Assembly: GCA_963817895.1 (NCBI GenBank)
Contig: CAWFQB010000001.1
Coordinates: 64,001 to 128,000, forward strand
Direction: 5' to 3'
Length of the DNA: 64,000 nt
DNA from: an uncultured Chthonomonadaceae bacterium
Lineage (GTDB): Bacteria > Armatimonadota > Chthonomonadetes > Chthonomonadales > Chthonomonadaceae
In this document: positions 53,993 through 64,000 of the stretch, in pieces
Numbering within the stretch: position 1 is the stretch's first letter
Layout: each line of letters starts with the position of its first letter
Notes under the pieces: model-generated
Seen by the model: the letters and a program-made list of their open reading frames with translations, nothing else
Told to the model about the DNA's origin: nothing
The model's database searches: none
Made by a program: the position numbers and the translations under genes

Positions 53993-55321
53993 ATGACTAC
54001 TGAAACCAAATCTCATTTTCCTGCTTCAGCGACGAATGGAACCGGCCACCATGCGGTGGATAATATCGCCCTGGAAGACAAAACGATGAAGTGCATCCGG
54101 TGCGGGTTCTGTCTGGATGCCTGCCCGACGTTTCGCCTGACGGGGAAGGAAACCTTCAGCCCGCGCGGTCGCATCTATCTTGTCCGGTCATGGCTTGAGG
54201 GCATTATCAAGTTCGATACCGATGTGGTGGAGGCGTTGGATACCTGTCTGGGCTGCCGCGCCTGTGAAACCGCCTGCCCGTCCGGCGTGGAATACGGCGC
54301 GATACTGGAAGGGGCGAGGACGCATATCGAACAGGATCACCTGCGTCCGCGCCAACAATCCATTGCCCGTCAACAGTTTCTGAACATGCTCACCAATCCC
54401 GGGATGCTGCTCGCTTCCCTGAAAATCGGGGGGGTATTCGGCAAACTGATGGGCGGCAAAATGCCCGGTTTTATGGCGAAACTGCTGACCGGGTCTTCCG
54501 ACGACGCTATCAGCCTGCCGACAACGGGTGGCAAAGTGAAAATACACAACCTGCCGGAACGCAGTCTCGCGACGGGAACCAAACGCCATACGGTCGGCAT
54601 ACTCGCCGGGTGCGTGATGCGCGTCTTGTTCGGCGCAACGAACGAAGCGACGGTTCGCGTGTTGCAGGCCAATGGCTGCGAAGTTGTCGCGCCCAAATTG
54701 GCCGGCTGCTGCGGCGCCCTACATCTGCATACGGGATTCCATGACGACGGACTGGCGCGGGCGCGTGGCCTGATCGACGCTTTCGCCCCCTATTTGGAAG
54801 AAATGGACGCCATCATCATCAATTCCGCCGGGTGCGGTTCCACGATGAAAGAGTACGGCGACCTGTTTCAGAACGACCCCAATTATGCGGAAAAAGCGCG
54901 AATGTTTGCCGCCAAATGCTGCGATGTAAGCGAGTGGCTGATGAAAATCGGGCTTGTGCCGCCCACCAAACCGCTCAACGCGACCGTTTCCTACCACGAC
55001 GCCTGCCACCTCGCGCACGGCCAGAAAATCCGCCTACAGCCGCGCCAACTGTTGCAGCAAATTCCCGGCGTGAAGTATGTGGAACTGGACGAGTCGGATA
55101 CGTGCTGCGGCAGCGCGGGCGTGTATAACATCACCCAACCCCGACTGGCGCGCCGCCTGCTCGACCGCAAAATCGGCAACCTGCGCGAAACGGGCGCAAC
55201 CATCATCGCGACCGGCAACCCCGGCTGTCTCGCGTGGATACAGCAGGGCGCGCAGGAACAGGGCTTGAAACTCCGCATCTGCCATCCCGTCGAACTGCTG
55301 GATGAGGCATACAGGACGTAA
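53993..55321 (+). CDS. glcF: Glycolate oxidase iron-sulfur subunit-like protein (2x[4Fe-4S] + CCG domains)
   Basis: [57 protein letters not shown]. Confidence 0.85.
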   Translation: MTTETKSHFPASATNGTGHHAVDNIALEDKTMKCIRCGFCLDACPTFRLTGKETFSPRGRIYLVRSWLEGIIKFDTDVVEALDTCLGCRACETACPSGVEYGAILEGARTHIEQDHLRPRQQSIARQQFLNMLTNPGMLLASLKIGGVFGKLMGGKMPGFMAKLLTGSSDDAISLPTTGGKVKIHNLPERSLATGTKRHTVGILAGCVMRVLFGATNEATVRVLQANGCEVVAPKLAGCCGALHLHTGFHDDGLARARGLIDAFAPYLEEMDAIIINSAGCGSTMKEYGDLFQNDPNYAEKARMFAAKCCDVSEWLMKIGLVPPTKPLNATVSYHDACHLAHGQKIRLQPRQLLQQIPGVKYVELDESDTCCGSAGVYNITQPRLARRLLDRKIGNLRETGATIIATGNPGCLAWIQQGAQEQGLKLRICHPVELLDEAYRT

Positions 55322-55337
55322 ATCAGGAGGAGTTTGC

Positions 55338-56636
55338 ATGAACCCACTACCTGATCCGACCTCGCAATGGCGCACCGTGCTTCGGGTTTGCAGCGGCAAC
55401 TTTCTGGAAATGTACGACCTGATGGTGATCGGCTACTATGCAACGCCGATTGCCCATACGTTCTTTCCAACCGGCAGCGCGTTCGCGTCGCTGATGCTGA
55501 CGCTGATGACGTTTGGGGCCGGGTATCTCATGCGTCCGCTCGGCGCGATTGTCCTGGGCGCGTACATTGACCGTATCGGGCGGCGCAAGGGGCTGCTGCT
55601 CACGCTCGGCCTGATGTCAGTGGGAACGCTCTCGATTGCCTGTACGCCCGGTTACGCGCAAATCGGCGTACTGGCTCCCCTGCTCGTGCTGCTCGGCAGG
55701 CTTTTGCAGGGCTTTTCCGCCGGGGTGGAGTTGGGCGGCGTGTCCGTGTATCTGTCGGAAATCGCCACGCCCGGACACAAGGGCTTTTATGTCAGTTGGC
55801 AGTCGGCCAGTCAGCAAGTAGCCGTGATTGCCGCCGCGCTGTTCGGCGTCGCGCTCCTCTCCCTGCTGTCGCCCGACGCCATGAACGCCTGGGGCTGGCG
55901 CATCCCGCTGTTAATCGGCTGCCTGCTGATCCCGTTTCTGTTTGTGATTCGCCGCTCGCTTCAAGAAACCCCTCAGTTTCAGGCGCGAACCCATCGCCCC
56001 ACCACGAACGAGATTCTGCGCTCCCTGTCCCGCAACTGGCGTATCGTCCTCATCGGCATGATGCTGGTGATGATGACAACGGTTTCGTTTTACCTGATTA
56101 CCGCGTACACGCCCACATTCGGCAAAACAACGCTGCATCTATCCGAACGCGGCACGATGCTTGTCACCGGCTGCGTGGGCCTGTCCAATTTCCTCTGGCT
56201 GCCAATTATGGGCGCGGTTTCCGACCGTATGGGACGCCGCCCGCTGTTGATTGCCGGCACGGTTCTGACCCTGCTGACCGCGTACCCCGCCCTCCACTGG
56301 CTGGTGGGATCGCCCTCCATAGCCCGCCTGCTGATTGTTGAATTATGGCTGTCGTTCCTGTTTTCCGGTTATAATGGCGCAATGGTCGTGTACCTGACGG
56401 AACTGATCCCGCCCGATGTCCGCGCGTCCGGCTTCGCGCTCGCGTACAGCCTCGCCACTACGTTTGGCGGTTTTACCCCCGCGCTTTGTACCTCGCTCAT
56501 TCACATCACGCACAACCGCGCTGTTCCGGGCGTGTGGCTGTCGTTTGCCGCCGCGTGTGGGCTGATTGCCGCGCTCACATCGCGCCTGTATCTCCCCACG
56601 CTGCCACAAGATAATTCAGAAGTTAGCCGCGAATGA
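55338..56636 (+). CDS. MFS metabolite:H+ symporter (citrate/tricarballylate CitA/TcuC-like)
   Basis: [52 protein letters not shown]. Confidence 0.92.
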   Translation: MNPLPDPTSQWRTVLRVCSGNFLEMYDLMVIGYYATPIAHTFFPTGSAFASLMLTLMTFGAGYLMRPLGAIVLGAYIDRIGRRKGLLLTLGLMSVGTLSIACTPGYAQIGVLAPLLVLLGRLLQGFSAGVELGGVSVYLSEIATPGHKGFYVSWQSASQQVAVIAAALFGVALLSLLSPDAMNAWGWRIPLLIGCLLIPFLFVIRRSLQETPQFQARTHRPTTNEILRSLSRNWRIVLIGMMLVMMTTVSFYLITAYTPTFGKTTLHLSERGTMLVTGCVGLSNFLWLPIMGAVSDRMGRRPLLIAGTVLTLLTAYPALHWLVGSPSIARLLIVELWLSFLFSGYNGAMVVYLTELIPPDVRASGFALAYSLATTFGGFTPALCTSLIHITHNRAVPGVWLSFAAACGLIAALTSRLYLPTLPQDNSEVSRE

Positions 56637-56969
56637 ACGCGAATACACGCAAATAACAGAAAACAGAGACAAATCGCTTACACATTGCACACTCTTCGTC
56701 CGCAGGACGGTTGGCCGTAGGCCTATGTAACCGACGTTTTACACGTCGGGACCACGCGATTTTACGAGTTTTAGTCGCCTTGATAGTGACGTTGTGGGCA
56801 AAGGGGCATTTATGAAACGCTGTGTATACGGTGGGATTGTACACTGTGAATGGTTGGGACAAACCGGCGCGCAAAGCCGAGTGGAGCCGGACAAAGTCCG
56901 GCGCAGCGCGTTTATCGCCCCGACTGCTCATCACTGTTTCAGTTTTCCGCGTACAGGAGTGTTCCAATC

Positions 56970-57632
56970 ATGTCTCGCTTCATTATCAAATCGTCTTCTT
57001 TTTCGCGCCCGTTGCGGCGTACCAGTATGCTATGCGCTCTTGCTGTTCTCAGCGTGGTCGGCAGCGCAGCCCTGACCGGATGTAGCAGCGGCAGTTCCAC
57101 AACAACCCCGACAAACGGCACGACAGGCACTACCGGAACAACAGGCACTACCGGAACAACGGGAACGACGGGAACCCCCGCCGCCGGACGCGGGACAATC
57201 AACCTGACGTTTTCCAATCCTTCAGGAACGAACGCTTCCACTTCCGCGTTTCAGTCCAGTCTGGCGTCGGGCGCGTTGGGAGTGGGCGCAGCCAACTTGA
57301 ACAATCTGGGCGTGAGCGGCAGTTCCGTATCGGGCAGCGCGATTCGCTCAATCCTGCTCAATGTGCTGTCCAATGGCCCCGCCGTTGTGGGAACAGCCTA
57401 CCCGTTCAGCGACACCAGCGCTACGACCCTGAGCTACACGGAGTCCTCCACCTCCGGGGGAACGCCGCGCCTGTGGCTGGCGACGGGCGGCAATGTCGTT
57501 GTGGATAGTGTTTCGGGCAAAACCTACAAACTGCGCGTGGTGGATGCCAAAATGACGACCGGCGACGGCAACGACAGCGCCTCAACCGGCTCCTTCACGC
57601 TCAATGGAACCGCCGAAGTCACCGTACCCTGA
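56970..57632 (+). CDS. Hypothetical lipoprotein with (GTT)n linker
   Basis: Lipobox LTGC; tandem GTT tripeptides; beta-rich domain. Confidence 0.78.
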   Translation: MSRFIIKSSSFSRPLRRTSMLCALAVLSVVGSAALTGCSSGSSTTTPTNGTTGTTGTTGTTGTTGTTGTPAAGRGTINLTFSNPSGTNASTSAFQSSLASGALGVGAANLNNLGVSGSSVSGSAIRSILLNVLSNGPAVVGTAYPFSDTSATTLSYTESSTSGGTPRLWLATGGNVVVDSVSGKTYKLRVVDAKMTTGDGNDSASTGSFTLNGTAEVTVP

Positions 57633-57649
57633 ATTGTCTTAAACTAAAG

Positions 57650-57697
57650 AAAAACGACCACCCTCTGTGTCTCTAGCACAGCGGGTGGTTCGTTTTT
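57650..57697. terminator. Bidirectional intrinsic terminator between convergent genes
   Basis: AAAAACGACCACCC...GGGTGGTTCGTTTTT. Confidence 0.7.
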
Positions 57698-58547
57698 ACG
57701 GCAGTTGCAGCAGTCCGTTTTGCCAATGGGCGGGGGCAATGTCGGCGGTGTGGGTCGCGTCGGGCAGGAATCGCGTGAGTTGATGGGCAAAGGTGGTGGG
57801 ATCGCCGGTCGTGGTCAGCAGGTGGCGGGAAGCCAGAGCGGGCGCGGCCAAATTATGTTCAAAAAAGACGTTTCGCGCGTGAACTACAGTGGCATAAGCG
57901 GGGTCTATAAAGTGAATGGGTTCGGGCGCGAGTTGCCGCAATACGGGCAGCAGGAACGGATAGTGGGTGCAGCCTAAGATAATAGTGTCCACGCCCAATT
58001 TCAGCAGGGGGGCCAGACAGCGCCGCGCAGAGTCAAATGCGGCGGGAGATTGCTCCTGCTCGGACTCGACAAGCGGCACGAATTCGGGGCAGGCCATTTC
58101 CACCACAATGGCGCGGGAATCCAGCGTTTGCAGGGTTCGGGTATACGCGCCGCTGCTCACCGTACCCTGCGTGGCAAGGACTCCGATACGGTGATTTCGC
58201 GTGGCGGATACGGCAGAGCGCGCGCCGGGTTCGATCACGCCTAAAATGGGAATGGTTGGGTTCGCGGCCTGCGCGTAAGACAGTCCGGTTGCCGACGAAA
58301 TATTGCAGGCCATAATGACGGCTTTGCAGCCATACGCGAGAAGCGCGTCGGTAATGCCGCAGGCGAAGCCGCAGACCTGCTTCAGGTCGCGCCCGCCGTA
58401 AGGGACATGCGCTTGATCGGCCACAAACACGATGCGCTCATGCGGCAACTGTTGCTGTATCTGCCGCACAACGGTCAGGCCGCCCAATCCGCTATCGAAC
58501 ACGCCGATGGGCGCGTTGCGGCCCGCCTGGTTGGAGAAAACCGTCAT
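57696..58547 (-). CDS. murI: Glutamate racemase
   Basis: IGVFDSGLGGLTV, PYG, ACN, ILGCTHYP. Confidence 0.96.
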   Translation of the reverse strand: MTVFSNQAGRNAPIGVFDSGLGGLTVVRQIQQQLPHERIVFVADQAHVPYGGRDLKQVCGFACGITDALLAYGCKAVIMACNISSATGLSYAQAANPTIPILGVIEPGARSAVSATRNHRIGVLATQGTVSSGAYTRTLQTLDSRAIVVEMACPEFVPLVESEQEQSPAAFDSARRCLAPLLKLGVDTIILGCTHYPFLLPVLRQLAPEPIHFIDPAYATVVHARNVFFEHNLAAPALASRHLLTTTGDPTTFAHQLTRFLPDATHTADIAPAHWQNGLLQLP

Positions 58548-59107
58548 CGGTCAACACTCCCGGCATTTTGCAGTCCGACAGACTTTTGCGAACTGCCGCC
58601 CGTCGCCGCCCCATCTTTGCCGACCCGCACGGGGATGCTGCGCCAGTCTGCCGCCTGACTCTCGTAATCCTTGCCCTCGACCGTCAGGCGCAGGGTGTCT
58701 ACGGTGGGAAAGTCGGCAAGCGCGGCGCACAACTTCTTTTGCGCCAGCCCCTCCATAGATTCGCCCTTATTCGCCAGTTCGTTGAACTCTTTGCTGACAT
58801 CCACGGACGCGGTTTTATCCTTCAAGTCCACGCTCAACAGATGTGTGCCTTTGGGAAACGGGCTTTTGGCGTCTTCGGCCTCTTTCGCGAACAACGTGGT
58901 CAGCGCGTCTTTGATGGGCGTGGGCGTGGAAGTATTTTGCGGAACGGCATCCGGCTGCGGCGTTGGGGTGGCCGGGGGTGTCGGCGTGTTGGTTACAACT
59001 GCGGGGGGCGCGGGTTCAGAATCGGTCTTCTGGCAGCCCGTACAGCAAACGACACTGCCAAGCGCCAGAAGCAAAGCAAGATTAAGGGATGTTTTCATGT
59101 TGGGCAT
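58544..59107 (-). CDS. GerMN-domain lipoprotein
   Basis: Lipobox CTGC; PKGTHLLSV, ASVDVSKEF, FPTV...LTVEG; coupled to murI. Confidence 0.82.
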   Translation of the reverse strand: MPNMKTSLNLALLLALGSVVCCTGCQKTDSEPAPPAVVTNTPTPPATPTPQPDAVPQNTSTPTPIKDALTTLFAKEAEDAKSPFPKGTHLLSVDLKDKTASVDVSKEFNELANKGESMEGLAQKKLCAALADFPTVDTLRLTVEGKDYESQAADWRSIPVRVGKDGAATGGSSQKSVGLQNAGSVDR

Positions 59108-59348
59108 GGACTTCTGCTATCACAAGATTGAGGACAAGGGATGCCAAAAACGACATTTCCAATGTAAACAACGGACTCCGGCAGCCATTGGTTTCAAAGA
59201 GAAGTTTCTTATGGCGATAGTATGGCACAGATACGCGCCAAAAGGAACAGCTTCCTGCGCAAACGCCGCAACCTTCACGAACCGCATGTAGGCTCCCGTC
59301 CCTCGATAGTCGGTACGCCCACCTACCAGTACAGCCACACAACTCCTC

Positions 59349-59378
59349 TTGTCAATTCCCTTCCGCCTTTGCTATAAT
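59349..59378 (+). promoter_or_regulatory. Sigma70-type promoter of the TA operon
   Basis: TTGTCA-N18-TATAAT with TG extension. Confidence 0.6.
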
Positions 59379-59415
59379 GTTTGTATAACGCATAGAAACT
59401 GCTTTCAGGGAGGAA

Positions 59416-59670
59416 ATGTCAATGCCATCGCAAACCGTAGAAGAACGGCTGGAAGAACTGGAAACGAAAGTAGCGCAACTCCTGGGCAAAGAGCCGAAAA
59501 CAAAGAAACCGGCTTCGTGGCTGGAACAGTGGTTCGGAGCCTTCAAGGACAACCCGGATTTCGACGCCGCGATGGAGGCTGGTGCTGCGTATCGCCGCTC
59601 CCAACCGACCGCAGAAGAAGAGTATGACGCAGCGCGCGCCAACGGGGAAGCCAATGATCCACTTGCTTGA
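59416..59670 (+). CDS. Putative antitoxin
   Basis: VEERLEELE...WLEQWFGAFKDNPDFD; overlaps the vapC start. Confidence 0.75.
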   Translation: MSMPSQTVEERLEELETKVAQLLGKEPKTKKPASWLEQWFGAFKDNPDFDAAMEAGAAYRRSQPTAEEEYDAARANGEANDPLA

Positions 59671-60079
59671 TACCGATCATATCTCCCTCGTTGCCAGAGG
59701 GGGAGCGGAAGGACAACAAATTCTCCGGCGTCTCTCCGCCCTTGATCCCGCCGATATAGGGGTCAGCATAGTCAGTTACGAGGAACAGATGCGTGGGTGG
59801 CTGGCAGAAATTGCCGCCGCGCGAAGTCTTGATACACAAAAGAAGAAATATTCGGAATTAGGGCGCATGTTGGGGTACTACTGCGTCACTCCCCTGTTGC
59901 CCTTTGATGACGCCGCCATTGCCGTATTTCAAAACCTCTGGATACAACGTCTGCGTATCGGCACAATGGATTTGAAAATCGCTTCCATCGCGCTTGCCAC
60001 TGATGCCACTCTCCTGACACGCAACTCATCCGACTTCAACAGGGTTCCCAACCTGCGCATCAAAGACTGGTCCTTCTAA
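59654..60079 (+). CDS. vapC: VapC PIN-domain toxin
   Basis: LLDTDHIS, SYEE..RG, IGTMDLKIASIAL, LLTRN..DF..VPNL. Confidence 0.92.
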   Translation: MIHLLDTDHISLVARGGAEGQQILRRLSALDPADIGVSIVSYEEQMRGWLAEIAAARSLDTQKKKYSELGRMLGYYCVTPLLPFDDAAIAVFQNLWIQRLRIGTMDLKIASIALATDATLLTRNSSDFNRVPNLRIKDWSF

Positions 60080-60424
60080 TGCTGCCTGTTTCTCCTCTTC
60101 TATGGCAGAGTATCCTGTGCAGGTAGCGAAGGCGGTGTTTGTGGAGAAAGTCTGTACCTGCCGCGCCAACACCGACAAAGAGCGCCACACTGCCGTTCTG
60201 CGAACCCTTCTTCATGCGCGAAATGCGTATTGGAGAGGGGTTTTCAATGCTGTCAGGGTGGGCGGGTGGGCAGGTAAACTATCGGGGAAGGGATGAGGCT
60301 TTCATTTTAGCAAAGGCTGTCTGCGAACGCCCCTTGCCCGGAAAATATTGTGAGGCAGGAAGCGGCGTGTTGCGCGTAGAATATTGCAATACAGACAGAA
60401 GACAGCGAGGAATGGGGCAGTTTT

Positions 60425-60787
60425 ATGAGCAAGGAAGAAAAATGGGGCGATTGGGGCAGACTGGAAGCGTTTCGCGTCAAGGTGCAGCATGAATTCGGGC
60501 GCAATCTGGAAAAAGCGACGCCCGCGAATGTGCGCGACTTCATGGACACCTATCAGGACGAATTCTTCGAGTTGTCACCGCGCGGGCGCATCGAACTGAA
60601 TGAGACGAAAACCACGTATGAAGAGATACTCAAAGATTTTTTCATGCGTGTGCTGGAACGCCCCTCGGATGAAGCCCTGATTATGCTATGGCTGATGGCC
60701 TTTGAAATGTCGTTCTTTAATATCGAACAGCACCTTTCGGATCGGCTGCAATCCTTCTTTGGCGATTTTATGGAGGAGAACAGTTGA
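60425..60787 (+). CDS. Hypothetical acidic protein
   Basis: Clean 120-aa ORF; stop overlaps the next start. Confidence 0.75.
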   Translation: MSKEEKWGDWGRLEAFRVKVQHEFGRNLEKATPANVRDFMDTYQDEFFELSPRGRIELNETKTTYEEILKDFFMRVLERPSDEALIMLWLMAFEMSFFNIEQHLSDRLQSFFGDFMEENS

Positions 60788-63216
60788 TGCCGATGATGCG
60801 TTACGATATTGATATTGTCCGCCTGCCCGCATGGATGCTGCGCCTGCTCGGACAGCAGAACATCACGGCAGGCCATATCACGCCCGCCACGCCTCTCCCG
60901 TGGTATTTAATTGCGGGTGTTTTGCTGGCCGCTTTAGTCTGGTTCACGGTCTTCTATTACAAGGACGGAACACGCCCCTCGTGGTGGGTGAAAGGCCCGC
61001 TCGTCGGCTTGCGCCTGTTCGCCGTTGCCGTTCTGCTTGTTGTGCTGACGCAGCCGACCACGCGCCTGACCAAAGTGGATACGGTCCGGCCCAGCGTCGC
61101 GATTATTGTAGATAATTCCGCAAGCGTGGCTGTTCCCGATCCCCGCCTGCCGGCTTCCCGCGCCGAAGTGGAAGCGAATGGCGCGGGCGTATCCCCCGAC
61201 CGCGTCCGCGCCATGACCCGGCTGGAACGCGCAAGCGCCATACTCAATAAATCTCATGCCCTTGTGGAACTGAGCAAAAAGTACAACGTTCGGACGTATA
61301 CCGTTGACAGCGTGGCCCGCCAGATTACGTTACCGGCAGATGCCAAACAGCGGAATTCCTATCAGTTTGCGCTTCAGCCCGATCCAAAAACCGGTAACTC
61401 GACGCAGTTAGGCGTGGGATTGCGCCGCGCTCTGGATGACATGTCCGGGCAGCCGGTTGCCGGAATGTTATTGATGAGCGACGGCGGCAACAACCTGGGC
61501 GAAGACCCCGCTGCCGCAGCGGACAGCGCAAGACAATCCCATGTTCCCGTCAGCGCGTTGGGCATTGGCGACCCGACCAAAACCAAAGACGTGTCGCTTT
61601 TATCCGTACTGGCGGATGATGTTGTCCGCGTCAACAACACGGTCACAGTCTATGCCGCCGTTTCGCACCGGGGTTACAAGGGCCGTTCGCTTCCCATTAT
61701 TTTGCAGCGCGACGGAATTGAAGTGCAGCGGCAGAATTTAACTTTGGGCGCGGACGAGCAGAAGCAGGAAGTCCATTTCACGTATACGCCCGACCATGCG
61801 GGGCGTTTCTTGTATACCGTGATTGCCACCGGGCAGGCGGGCGAAGTGACCCTTGCCAACAACAAGCGCTCGTTCGTGCAGACGGTCATAGACAAAAAAC
61901 TGAAAGTGCTGTATGTGGAGGGCGAGCCGCGCTACGAGTTCCGCTATCTGCGCAACGCCATTATGCGCGATACCAGTCTGGATTTCGCCTGCCTGCTGCT
62001 TTCCGGCAGCGATGTGAACGAGGGCGGCGAAGGCAACATTCCCGTCAAGGGGTTTCCGTCCGACGAAAAATCTCTATTTGAGTACGACATCATCGTGTTG
62101 GGCGACGTGCCGCGCTCCTACTTCTCGCAGCAGCAACTGGAGGCCATTCGCCGCTTTGTGGAAGATCGGGGCGCGAGCCTGCTGGTGATTGCGGGCGAAC
62201 AGCACATGCCGCACGAGTACGCGGGTACGCCGCTTGAAGCCGTCCTTCCCGCCGTTATCAGCCCCACGCCCGACCCTGTCTTGACGGACGACGAGTTCAA
62301 GTGGCAGCTCACGCCCGAAGGCAAGCGCAGCCCGATTACGCAGATCGAGGACGACCCGACGCTGAACGCGCGGGTGTGGGACACGATGCTTCCGGGCATG
62401 TTCTGGGCGGCGGGCGTTCCCCGCGCCAAACCGGGCGCGACCGTGCTTGCCACACACCCCACGCGGCGCAACGCGGACGGCCCCTATCCGCTCGTGCTGA
62501 CGCAGCCCTTCGGCGCGGGCAAATGCTTTCTGGAACTGGTAGACAGCACATGGCGCTGGCGTTGGCGCGTGGGGGATCGCTACTTTTATCGGTACTGGGG
62601 GCAGGTGTTCCGTTCGCTCACGCCCAAAGAACTCCCCGGCAACAGCCGCTTCGTGCAGTTGAACGCCGACCGCAGCAACTACCGGTTGGGGGAGCGCGTC
62701 GCCCTGAACGCCCGACTGTTGGATGCGTACTACCATCCTATCAAGGTGAACAGCGTGACCGCCACAATCACAACCGAGGGCGGACAGCAGCAAAAGGTCG
62801 TGTTGCAGGCCACGCCGGGTTCGCCGGGATTGTATACGGCTTTGTATCAGCCGGAGCGCGTCGGCAAGTACGCGGCAGGCGTCATTTCGCCCGTCAACCC
62901 GTCCGCCAAAGCAAGCGCGGCGTTTGTCGTGGAATGTCTCGCATTGGAAAAGCAGAAGCCGGAACTGGACGAAGCGATGCTGCGCAAGATCGCGTCTTCG
63001 GGCGGCGGCAAACTCTACGCGCCCGACAAAATGGCGGACTGGATAAAGTCCCTGCCCTACCATCCCCTCGAAGTGCGCAGCGAACAGGAATACGAACTGT
63101 GGGACAAGCCCCTCTGGAACGCGCCCATTGTCAAATACATCCCGCTATTCCTCGCCCTGTTCCTGCTGCCATTAAGTATAGAGTGGTTCGTTCGCAAGCG
63201 CAAGGGGATGCTGTAA
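60787..63216 (+). CDS. Membrane protein with vWA-like and class I GATase-like domains
   Basis: TMs; VDNSAS, MSDGGNN, VLYVEGEPRYEFRYL, YDIIVLGDV, STWRWR, EWFVRKR. Confidence 0.82.
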   Translation: MPMMRYDIDIVRLPAWMLRLLGQQNITAGHITPATPLPWYLIAGVLLAALVWFTVFYYKDGTRPSWWVKGPLVGLRLFAVAVLLVVLTQPTTRLTKVDTVRPSVAIIVDNSASVAVPDPRLPASRAEVEANGAGVSPDRVRAMTRLERASAILNKSHALVELSKKYNVRTYTVDSVARQITLPADAKQRNSYQFALQPDPKTGNSTQLGVGLRRALDDMSGQPVAGMLLMSDGGNNLGEDPAAAADSARQSHVPVSALGIGDPTKTKDVSLLSVLADDVVRVNNTVTVYAAVSHRGYKGRSLPIILQRDGIEVQRQNLTLGADEQKQEVHFTYTPDHAGRFLYTVIATGQAGEVTLANNKRSFVQTVIDKKLKVLYVEGEPRYEFRYLRNAIMRDTSLDFACLLLSGSDVNEGGEGNIPVKGFPSDEKSLFEYDIIVLGDVPRSYFSQQQLEAIRRFVEDRGASLLVIAGEQHMPHEYAGTPLEAVLPAVISPTPDPVLTDDEFKWQLTPEGKRSPITQIEDDPTLNARVWDTMLPGMFWAAGVPRAKPGATVLATHPTRRNADGPYPLVLTQPFGAGKCFLELVDSTWRWRWRVGDRYFYRYWGQVFRSLTPKELPGNSRFVQLNADRSNYRLGERVALNARLLDAYYHPIKVNSVTATITTEGGQQQKVVLQATPGSPGLYTALYQPERVGKYAAGVISPVNPSAKASAAFVVECLALEKQKPELDEAMLRKIASSGGGKLYAPDKMADWIKSLPYHPLEVRSEQEYELWDKPLWNAPIVKYIPLFLALFLLPLSIEWFVRKRKGML

Positions 63217-63249
63217 TAACATAAAATCACATGCTGATTGGAGTAGAAC

Positions 63250-63534
63250 ATGACTATTCTGCTGGACAACGACTTAGAACAACTTATCAACGCGAAACTT
63301 GAAAAGGGCGCGTATCCTTCAGCGAACGAACTTTTACGGGAAAGCCTGCGCCTGCTGGAGGAAAGAGACTCTATTGATGAGCAGCAACGCGACAGGTGGC
63401 GGCAAGAGATTGCTCATGGCGCCCAGCAAATGCGAGAAGGCCGTACATTGGTCTGGAATGAAGAAACGTTGGCAGGCGTCAAAGCTCGTGGAAGGGCAAA
63501 ATTGGCGCAGCAATCTCAGCAGGAGAAGATGTAA
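63250..63534 (+). CDS. ParD-like (RHH) antitoxin
   Basis: G.Y.SANELLRESLRLLEE, R.EI..G. Confidence 0.87.
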   Translation: MTILLDNDLEQLINAKLEKGAYPSANELLRESLRLLEERDSIDEQQRDRWRQEIAHGAQQMREGRTLVWNEETLAGVKARGRAKLAQQSQQEKM

Positions 63535-63837
63535 ATGGCAGCGCGCGAACCTGTCATTACTGAAGACGCCCATGCCGATGTAGACGAGATTTGGCTATAT
63601 ATTGCCGAGGATAGTGTTAGAGCGGCAGACAAGGTAACAGATGCAATCTCCGACGTCTTTTCTCAACTGGCCGATTACCCAAACATCGGGCATGTCCGAG
63701 AAGATTTAACGGATGAGCCGTACCGTTTCATAAGCGTTTATGATTACTTGATTGTCTACGATCCAACCAAGTCGCCAGTAGTAGTCCTGCGAGTTTTACA
63801 TGGACGGCGCGATGTGAAATCCATCCTCAAACCCTGA
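63535..63837 (+). CDS. ParE/RelE toxin
   Basis: DVDEIWLYIAEDS, P.IGH.REDL, YLIVY, LRVLHGRRD. Confidence 0.9.
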   Translation: MAAREPVITEDAHADVDEIWLYIAEDSVRAADKVTDAISDVFSQLADYPNIGHVREDLTDEPYRFISVYDYLIVYDPTKSPVVVLRVLHGRRDVKSILKP

Positions 63838-64000
63838 ACGGTGGCAACGATTGAACATAGATTCGCAATTGGGATGACAGAGGCATGAGCATGAAGCGTG
63901 ACAGACATGGCGGCTTTGCGCAATATGAAATTTTATATGTCGCTGCCATACTTGCCATATTGATAGCGATTTTTTGGAGTGTTTACTCACAAATGGCAAA

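Noticed and set aside
903..56654. Short repeat arrays as a CRISPR array
   Set aside because: Units are 7-10 bp in tandem or isolated dispersed copies, with no regular repeat-spacer periodicity and no cas genes.
57115..57175. (GTT)n repeat as a DNA-level element
   Set aside because: Codons vary synonymously, so it is a protein linker after the lipobox.
59416..63837. Prophage or integrative element marked by two TA modules
   Set aside because: No integrase, att repeats or phage genes; the TA pairs look like independent small insertions.

Overview
A GC-rich bacterial chromosomal window, probably Armatimonadota. That assignment is inferred from the prepilin-like H-X9-DG/DUF1559 genes, clostripain lipoproteins and 7-mer tandem repeat elements; no marker gene is present. 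Many genes in the first ~43 kb, including essential ones, are split by single-base frameshifts that are most likely long-read indel errors. Housekeeping content: aroC-aroK-aroB, a PASTA Ser/Thr kinase, rpe, ribD-ribE, murQ, pdhABC, ndk, GerMN-murI, a glcF-like Fe-S protein and an MFS carrier. Accessory content: a GAF-GGDEF cyclase, inositol oxygenase, an ECF sigma/zinc anti-sigma operon, three prepilin-like genes (one cleanly split by an IS630), three type II TA modules and many small repeat elements. Three candidates stand out. (1) A membrane-anchored rhodanese fusion with an in-frame UGA in a C-x-U active-site loop followed by a SECIS-like hairpin, a probable selenoprotein missed by ORF calling. 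(2) A tandem pair of STAND-like ATPase/winged-helix genes whose promoter is covered by a perfect 40-bp palindrome made of two overlapping operator-like repeats. (3) An operon of three exported proteins: AMMECR1-like, thioester alpha-2-macroglobulin and a CxxW thioredoxin. No rRNA, tRNA or CRISPR array was seen.
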